A stretch of DNA of 64,000 bases from positions 5,444-69,443 of the forward strand of contig JBCCHN010000005.1 in the NCBI GenBank assembly GCA_039028695.1, in the 5' to 3' direction. Below are positions 58,388 through 64,000 of this stretch, one piece after another. A program made the position numbers and the translations under genes. The stretch's first letter is position 1. The number at the start of each line of letters is the position of its first letter. Under the pieces are notes generated by a model. It was not told the origin of the DNA. It was given only the letters and a program-made list of their open reading frames with translations, and did no database searches. Source of the DNA: Pseudomonadota bacterium (lineage in GTDB: Bacteria; Pseudomonadota; Alphaproteobacteria; Kiloniellales; Kiloniellaceae).

Positions 58388-61300
58388 GGCAACTGCTCCC
58401 CATGACCTTGGCCCTCTTCATACCGTCGACACGAAATCAAAGCTGTTCGAACCTCCGCCAAAAGTTCCTCGCTTTCCAAACCTTGTTTTTGAATAACTCG
58501 GCGCACCCGGCGACCCAATTCTTTTTCTTCTTGCTCGCTCAGCGCCTTCGCGGTGAGCACTAAAATGGGTATATCCCGAAAATCCGCCTGGCGTTGGAGA
58601 GCGTCGATGACCGCAAAGCCATCCATACGGGGCATCAGCAGATCAAGCAAGATGGCGTCGGGCTTGAGTTTTTGAATGTCCCGCAAGGCATCTTCGCCGT
58701 CCCGTGCAAAGGCTATTTCATAAGGCTCTTTCTCCATCATTTGACTGATCATATCGCCGATAAAAGGATCATCGTCGACGATCAGCAACCGACCCGGCAA
58801 AGGGGCCAGTCGTGCCAAGGCCGCCAATATGGTATCCCTGTCAAAGGGCTTGAGCAGATAGTCCGCCGCTCCCAGGCGAAAGCCTAAATCCTTTTGATCC
58901 ACCATCGTCAACATCACCACAGGGATATCTCGGGTCACGGGATCGCTCTTAAGTTCATGCAGGACCTGCCAACCATCTTTTTGCGGCATGAAGATATCCA
59001 AGGTAATGGCGATTGGCTGCAGCTCCCGCGCCAGGGCTAAGCCTTCTTGCCCATCGGCCACGCCTTTGACCTGGTAACCGGCCTCTTCAAGATTTTCCTT
59101 GAGCAGGTAAAGGGCATTGGGATCGTCATCAATGGTCAAGACCACATTTTTCCGCGCAGCTGCTGGCCGTCGATCCATCTGCTTGGTTTCATTCACGGCG
59201 GTATTCGCTATAGCTTCCGCCAGTCCTCGATCCTCTGAGAGAACGGACACTCCGCCGCCCTGGCGAGGGATATGCAAATGAAAAGCCGACCCCTGGCCCA
59301 ATGCGCTGTCGACCGTAATGGTCGCACCGATGAGGTCCGCCAAGTTGCGGGTAATGGAAAGGCCCAGGCCCGTGCCGCCATGCAGGCGGGTGCTGCTCGC
59401 GTCCAATTGGTGAAAGGCCTCAAAGATTTGCGACTGGGCTTCCGCGGGCATACCGATACCAGTGTCACTGACTGTCAAAGCGATCGAGGATTTTCCCTCA
59501 AAAATCTCCGATCGGCCTGTAACCTGAACTTTACCTTTGTCGGTAAACTTGACCGCGTTGGTAAGCAGATTAATCAAAATTTGCCTGAGCTTGTGATGGT
59601 CGCTTTGAACCTCAGCAGCCTCTTGATCCAGATTCGACTCAAGCCGAATATTTTTCGTGCCGATCAGGGGTTCGACCGTTTTAAGGCACTCGTCAATTAA
59701 GGGCCCTAGCTTAACTCGTGAGAAACGGACATCCATTTGGCCCGCTTCAATCTTGGACAGATCGAGGACCGAGTTGATGAGGGACAGAAGATGATCCGCG
59801 CTGATCAGAATCTTCTCTAGGTTCTCTACTTGACGGTCGGGCAAATGCTCTCCGCCCCGGCGCAAGACCAGACGGGTAAATCCAATGATCGCGTTCATCG
59901 GAGTACGCAGTTCATGGCTCATGTTGGCCAGGAATTGGCTTTTGGCGAGGGTTGCCACCTCAGCGTCTTCTTTGGCGGCCATCAAGGCAATTTCAGCTTC
60001 CTTTCGCGCCGTAATATCGCCCACAGAGCCTACCATTCGGAAAATGCGCCCGCTTTCATCTCGCAAGCCCACGCCGCTTCCCTCAATCCAGCGCAATCTG
60101 CCGTCGCGGCAGCGAACCCGATACTCTCGATTACGAAACTCCTGCATGCCTTTCAAATGGGCAATCATATCCTTGTGAAAGCTCTGATAGTCTTCGGGAT
60201 GTAGATTAGCTTGCCATTGTTCCGGCGTGATCTCCATTGCGTCGCCTTCAATTTCCAGCAGATCCTTAAAGCGAGGCGATACATAGACACGGTTGTTCTC
60301 AGCACGCCAATCCCAAAGGCCAACCGCAGATCCTTCCATGGCGAGAGAAAAGCGCTCTTCACTGTCGCGCAAAGCCTGCTCTACTTCACGGCGCTTGGTG
60401 ATGTCTTGCAAATAGGCGGTAAAGATCGGCTTGCCTTGCAGGTGAGCCGCCGTAATGGCGATCTCGATCGGGAACTCACTGCCGTCGGCGCGTTGCGCAT
60501 CCAATTCGATGCGACGGCTCAATACATTGCCCCTTCCCGTTTTCAAATATTCTTTTAACCCTCGATAGTGAGCCTTTCGGTAGCGCTTGGGGATAATGAG
60601 TTCCGCCATAGCGGTGCCCATCACCTGCTCACGACGATAGCCAAAGGTCGCCTCGGCGGCCGGATTGAACTCAAGCAATTTGCCGTCGACGTCGATGGAG
60701 ATGATACAATCCAACGCCGATTCTAAAATCGAGCCCTTGAAAGCCTCGCTTTCGCGCAAGGACTGCTCGGCACGGCGCCTTTCGGTCACATCCGTAAAGG
60801 TCGCAAAGCCGCCACCGCCCGGCAGGGGTTTGCGTCGAATCTCAATAATTCGCCCGTTTGCGGCCGACCGCTCCAATCGAAATCCGCCACTCTTTCCCGC
60901 TTCGGAGATCCGTTCCGCGACCAAGGCATCCACATCGCCCTCACCATATTCGCCCCGTTCCGCGTTGAAGCGATAAATATCAATCAAGTTGTGGCCGGTC
61001 TGGAACTTACCAGCGGGCAAGCCCAAAAGATCGAAAAATCGTTGATTGCAGGCAACGATGTTCAGATCCGCATCGGACATACAGATGCCCTGATCCATGT
61101 TCTCCATGGTGGCTTCCAAAAACGCTGTCTTCTCCGCCAGCTCTCCTTCGCGCTTCTTAAGTTCGGTGATGTCGTAATAAGTGAGCATGCGCCCGCCGTC
61201 GGGCAACTCCAGGCATTTACGCAACAAAAATCGTCCGTCGCTGAGGTGCGACACCCGCGGTGTACTGGAGCCGCTGCGAATCTCCGCAAGGCGCGCAGAG

Positions 61301-62361
61301 ACATAGGTCTCCCAGTCTTTGTCGGGAATACTGAACATGCCCCGGCGATAGCAATATTCCATGTCGTCACGTAACGAGGGATGATCATCGAAATAGGTCT
61401 CCGAGATATTCCACTGCTCCCGGTAGGCCCGATTGCTCAAACGAATGTTGAGATCTTTATCCATAAACAAGATCCCGTATTCGGACGCATCCAGGACTGT
61501 CTGAAGTTCGCGGAGTGCCTCGGCTTTATCCCGGTTAGCCAAGTCCAATTCGGTTTCCCTTTGGCGTATCTGGGTGATATCAACCCCCATCATGCCAAGC
61601 GCCGAAACCTGACCCTTCCCATCCAATATGGGAAATTTCACTTCGCGAAAGATACGACGCCGACCTGCGGCATCGACTATTTGATCCCGTTCCACCGCTT
61701 GGCCGCGTTTCAGGACCTCTCGGTCGTGATCGGTGAAAGCATCGGCAATCTCTTTCGGGAAAAGGTCATAAACAGTTTTACCGAGTATATCGGTTGCACC
61801 CAGCTCGTGTACTTCCTCAAAGCGACGATTGACAAAGGTGTAAACGCCGCTGAGGCTCTTGATGCAAATGATTCCGGGCGAATGCTCCGCAATGGCGGAT
61901 AGCCAGGCCGTGCTCTCCCTAGGTCCAATGTTGCCTATAGAAGACTTGGAGGCATAAGAAATCGGCTCGCGCCGACACTTCAACAGCAGTCCGCCCGAGT
62001 CCAAGGGACGAATTTTCACGTGGACATGTTCTGTTGAAGAATAAAGACCGCTGGTTCGCGTGGTTATGGTTTGAGCTATCTCATCACCCGATTCGAGTGT
62101 CCTTGCCCAGCCCTCGGCCGCCCCGGATTCTTGCGCTCCCTTCTCTTCAAGGAGAGTCAGTAGGACCGTGACCGGGCATCCTTTTTGCCGCAGATCGGAG
62201 GGTAACCACACCTCTTCCTGGAAGCCCTTTGTCCATGACCGTAAGCGCCAGCCATGATCATAGAGAGCGGCCGCGCCTTCGGTCGCTTCAAAGGCACGCA
62301 GAAAAAGTTCAGAATCCCGAGGCGACGCCACCAAGGCAGGCCCATCCCTTTTACCGGCCAT
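58384..62361 (-). CDS. cytoplasmic multi-PAS hybrid histidine kinase with two receiver domains
   Basis: 1325 aa with no TM segment. Several PAS/PAC units. H-box [21 protein letters not shown] and [12 protein letters not shown]1 [16 protein letters not shown]2 [13 protein letters not shown]. Confidence 0.9.
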   Translation of the reverse strand: MAGKRDGPALVASPRDSELFLRAFEATEGAAALYDHGWRLRSWTKGFQEEVWLPSDLRQKGCPVTVLLTLLEEKGAQESGAAEGWARTLESGDEIAQTITTRTSGLYSSTEHVHVKIRPLDSGGLLLKCRREPISYASKSSIGNIGPRESTAWLSAIAEHSPGIICIKSLSGVYTFVNRRFEEVHELGATDILGKTVYDLFPKEIADAFTDHDREVLKRGQAVERDQIVDAAGRRRIFREVKFPILDGKGQVSALGMMGVDITQIRQRETELDLANRDKAEALRELQTVLDASEYGILFMDKDLNIRLSNRAYREQWNISETYFDDHPSLRDDMEYCYRRGMFSIPDKDWETYVSARLAEIRSGSSTPRVSHLSDGRFLLRKCLELPDGGRMLTYYDITELKKREGELAEKTAFLEATMENMDQGICMSDADLNIVACNQRFFDLLGLPAGKFQTGHNLIDIYRFNAERGEYGEGDVDALVAERISEAGKSGGFRLERSAANGRIIEIRRKPLPGGGGFATFTDVTERRRAEQSLRESEAFKGSILESALDCIISIDVDGKLLEFNPAAEATFGYRREQVMGTAMAELIIPKRYRKAHYRGLKEYLKTGRGNVLSRRIELDAQRADGSEFPIEIAITAAHLQGKPIFTAYLQDITKRREVEQALRDSEERFSLAMEGSAVGLWDWRAENNRVYVSPRFKDLLEIEGDAMEITPEQWQANLHPEDYQSFHKDMIAHLKGMQEFRNREYRVRCRDGRLRWIEGSGVGLRDESGRIFRMVGSVGDITARKEAEIALMAAKEDAEVATLAKSQFLANMSHELRTPMNAIIGFTRLVLRRGGEHLPDRQVENLEKILISADHLLSLINSVLDLSKIEAGQMDVRFSRVKLGPLIDECLKTVEPLIGTKNIRLESNLDQEAAEVQSDHHKLRQILINLLTNAVKFTDKGKVQVTGRSEIFEGKSSIALTVSDTGIGMPAEAQSQIFEAFHQLDASSTRLHGGTGLGLSITRNLADLIGATITVDSALGQGSAFHLHIPRQGGGVSVLSEDRGLAEAIANTAVNETKQMDRRPAAARKNVVLTIDDDPNALYLLKENLEEAGYQVKGVADGQEGLALARELQPIAITLDIFMPQKDGWQVLHELKSDPVTRDIPVVMLTMVDQKDLGFRLGAADYLLKPFDRDTILAALARLAPLPGRLLIVDDDPFIGDMISQMMEKEPYEIAFARDGEDALRDIQKLKPDAILLDLLMPRMDGFAVIDALQRQADFRDIPILVLTAKALSEQEEKELGRRVRRVIQKQGLESEELLAEVRTALISCRRYEEGQGHGEQLP

Positions 62362-62480
62362 CTACCAATCGTTATCCGACAGGCTAACACGGTCAGCCCT
62401 TGGCGCAAAAACCTCAAAAAGCTGAAAACGAGTGGACGGACTGAAAATCCGTTCCTTCGATCCTCGACAGTAGGCGCACA

Positions 62481-62494
62481 GTTGTATATACAAC
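62481..62494. promoter_or_regulatory. HutC-type operator candidate upstream of hutU
   Basis: GTTGTATATACAAC is a perfect 14-bp palindrome, 31 nt upstream of the hutU ATG. Confidence 0.65.
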
Positions 62495-62524
62495 TTCAAT
62501 CCCCGATCATGACGGAGTTTTCCC

Positions 62525-64000
62525 ATGGCTGACCGCCGACTCGACAACAGCCGGGTTATCCAAAGCCCCCGCGGAGCTGAAATTTCCGCCAAGTCCTGGC
62601 TGACCGAAGCCCCCTTGCGCATGTTGATGAACAACCTGGACAGTTCGGTAGCGGAGAATCCACATGAATTAGTTGTATATGGCGGGATCGGCCGCGCGGC
62701 GCGAGATTGGGAATGTTTCGACACAATTGTGCGGTGTCTGCGCGACTTGGATGACGATGAAACGCTGCTGGTTCAATCGGGCAAGCCGGTCGGAGTGTTT
62801 GCCACTCACAAGGACGCCCCCCGCGTGCTGATCGCCAATTCTAACTTGGTACCCCATTGGGGGACCTGGGAGCATTTCCACAAGCTGGATAGGGCCGGTT
62901 TGATGATGTACGGCCAAATGACAGCGGGTTCATGGATCTACATCGGCAGCCAAGGCATCGTACAAGGCACCTATGAGACCTTCGTTGAAATGGGTCGTCA
63001 GCACTTCGACGGCAATCTTCGGGGAAAGTGGATTCTAACCGGCGGCTTGGGCGGCATGGGCGGTGCACAACCTCTCGCCGCCACCATGGCCGGTGCCTCC
63101 ATGCTGGCCGTGGAGTGCCAACCCAGCCGCATCGAAATGCGACTGGAGACCGGCTACCTGGACACCAAGAGCGACAACCTTGATGAAGCCTTGCACATCG
63201 TCACCGATGCCTGCGCAAAGGGAGAAGCCATCTCCGTCGGCCTCCTTGGTAACGCCGCCGAGATTTACCCCGAGTTGGTCAAGCGGGGCATCACGCCCGA
63301 TGCCGTGACCGATCAAACCTCCGCCCACGATCCCCTCAACGGTTACCTGCCTGCCGGCTGGTCCCTGGACCAGTGGGAGCGGCAACGAGAAAGCGATCCT
63401 GACGGTGTCATTCAAGCTGCCAAAGGATCCATGGCCGTTCAGGTTCGGGCCATGTTGGATTTCCACAAGATGGGCATCCCTACCGTCGACTACGGCAATA
63501 ATATTCGCCAGATGGCCCTGGAGATGGGCGAGGAGCACGCTTTTGATTTCCCTGGCTTTGTGCCCGCTTACATTCGACCCCTCTTTTGCCGGGGCATAGG
63601 TCCTTTCCGCTGGGCGGCTTTGAGTGGCGATCCGGAAGACATCTATAAGACGGACGCCAAGGTCAAGGAACTGATCCCGGACAATCCCCACCTACACAAT
63701 TGGTTGGACATGGCCCGCGAGCGCATCCATTTCCAAGGTCTACCGGCGCGCATTTGCTGGGTCGGCCTCGGCGAGCGGGAGCGCCTTGGCCGCGCCTTCA
63801 ACGCGATGGTCGCCTCCGGTGAACTTTCCGCGCCGGTGGTTATCGGCCGGGATCACCTGGACTCTGGCTCGGTAGCCAGTCCCAATCGGGAAACCGAGGG
63901 CATGCGAGACGGCTCAGACGCGGTATCCGACTGGCCCTTGCTCAATGCTCTTTTGAACACGGCCAGCGGGGCAACGTGGGTGTCCCTTCATCATGGTGGC
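62525..64000 (+). CDS. hutU: urocanate hydratase (3' end runs off the window)
   Basis: Absent from the ORF track (edge-truncated). My translation reads [39 protein letters not shown]...[19 protein letters not shown]...[12 protein letters not shown]...[26 protein letters not shown]. Confidence 0.95.
   Translation, partial: MADRRLDNSRVIQSPRGAEISAKSWLTEAPLRMLMNNLDSSVAENPHELVVYGGIGRAARDWECFDTIVRCLRDLDDDETLLVQSGKPVGVFATHKDAPRVLIANSNLVPHWGTWEHFHKLDRAGLMMYGQMTAGSWIYIGSQGIVQGTYETFVEMGRQHFDGNLRGKWILTGGLGGMGGAQPLAATMAGASMLAVECQPSRIEMRLETGYLDTKSDNLDEALHIVTDACAKGEAISVGLLGNAAEIYPELVKRGITPDAVTDQTSAHDPLNGYLPAGWSLDQWERQRESDPDGVIQAAKGSMAVQVRAMLDFHKMGIPTVDYGNNIRQMALEMGEEHAFDFPGFVPAYIRPLFCRGIGPFRWAALSGDPEDIYKTDAKVKELIPDNPHLHNWLDMARERIHFQGLPARICWVGLGERERLGRAFNAMVASGELSAPVVIGRDHLDSGSVASPNRETEGMRDGSDAVSDWPLLNALLNTASGATWVSLHHGG

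Noticed and set aside
63035-63691. 218-aa minus-strand ORF near the window end
   Set aside because: It is antisense to hutU, whose plus-strand translation is a textbook urocanase.

Overview
The window looks like a chromosomal segment from a moderately high-GC proteobacterium. Gene content and synteny resemble Alphaproteobacteria/Rhodospirillales, but taxonomy cannot be proven from the sequence alone. Layout: (1) 1-9.7 kb is a housekeeping block: an edge-truncated MFS Bcr/CflA pump, a GFA-family protein, a PLP cysteine-synthase-like enzyme, guaA, an RsmB-like methyltransferase, guaB, rlmE and ppx. (2) tRNA-Gln(CUG) lies at 10004-10077. It is followed by an AT-rich, gene-poor islet (about 10.1-14.4 kb) with orphan ORFs and a two-module pentapeptide-repeat protein. 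(3) 14.4-23.4 kb is a lower-GC accessory block. It holds a Calx-beta protein, an orphan TAXI solute receptor, a long secreted coiled-coil protein, a Cache/HAMP/PAS histidine kinase, a MshEN(T2SSE_N)-AAA+ fusion ATPase and a lone CheY-like regulator. (4) 23.8-26.5 kb carries an orphan Tat-signal ABC substrate-binding protein, a PCuAC copper chaperone with a His/Asp tail and a NIPSNAP-like protein. (5) A Lon-like protease with a degenerate P-loop sits divergent from a six-gene MoxR-DUF58-DUF4381-BatA-BatB/C-BatD operon (26.7-37.0 kb). (6) Next come an orphan, extended ParB without ParA, a Sel1-repeat protein, a PilZ protein convergent with fliN, and then GST, amidase, a PhnD-like protein, GFA, an XRE regulator, a desaturase, MttB, RNase T2 and GNAT. 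(7) A histidine-utilisation cluster (hutF, hutI, hutG, hutC, hutU) has three palindromic HutC-type boxes. An OCD-family gene and two methyltransferases (one frameshifted) lie directly downstream of hutF, and a PAS-rich hybrid kinase plus REC-cyclase pair lies between hutC and hutU. No CRISPR array, rRNA, intact transposase or intact integrase was seen. The most novel-looking candidate is the MshEN-AAA+ ATPase with its kinase/regulator neighbours. The orphan ParB and the Lon-like/MoxR-Bat neighbourhood come next. All functional interpretations beyond domain recognition are inference.
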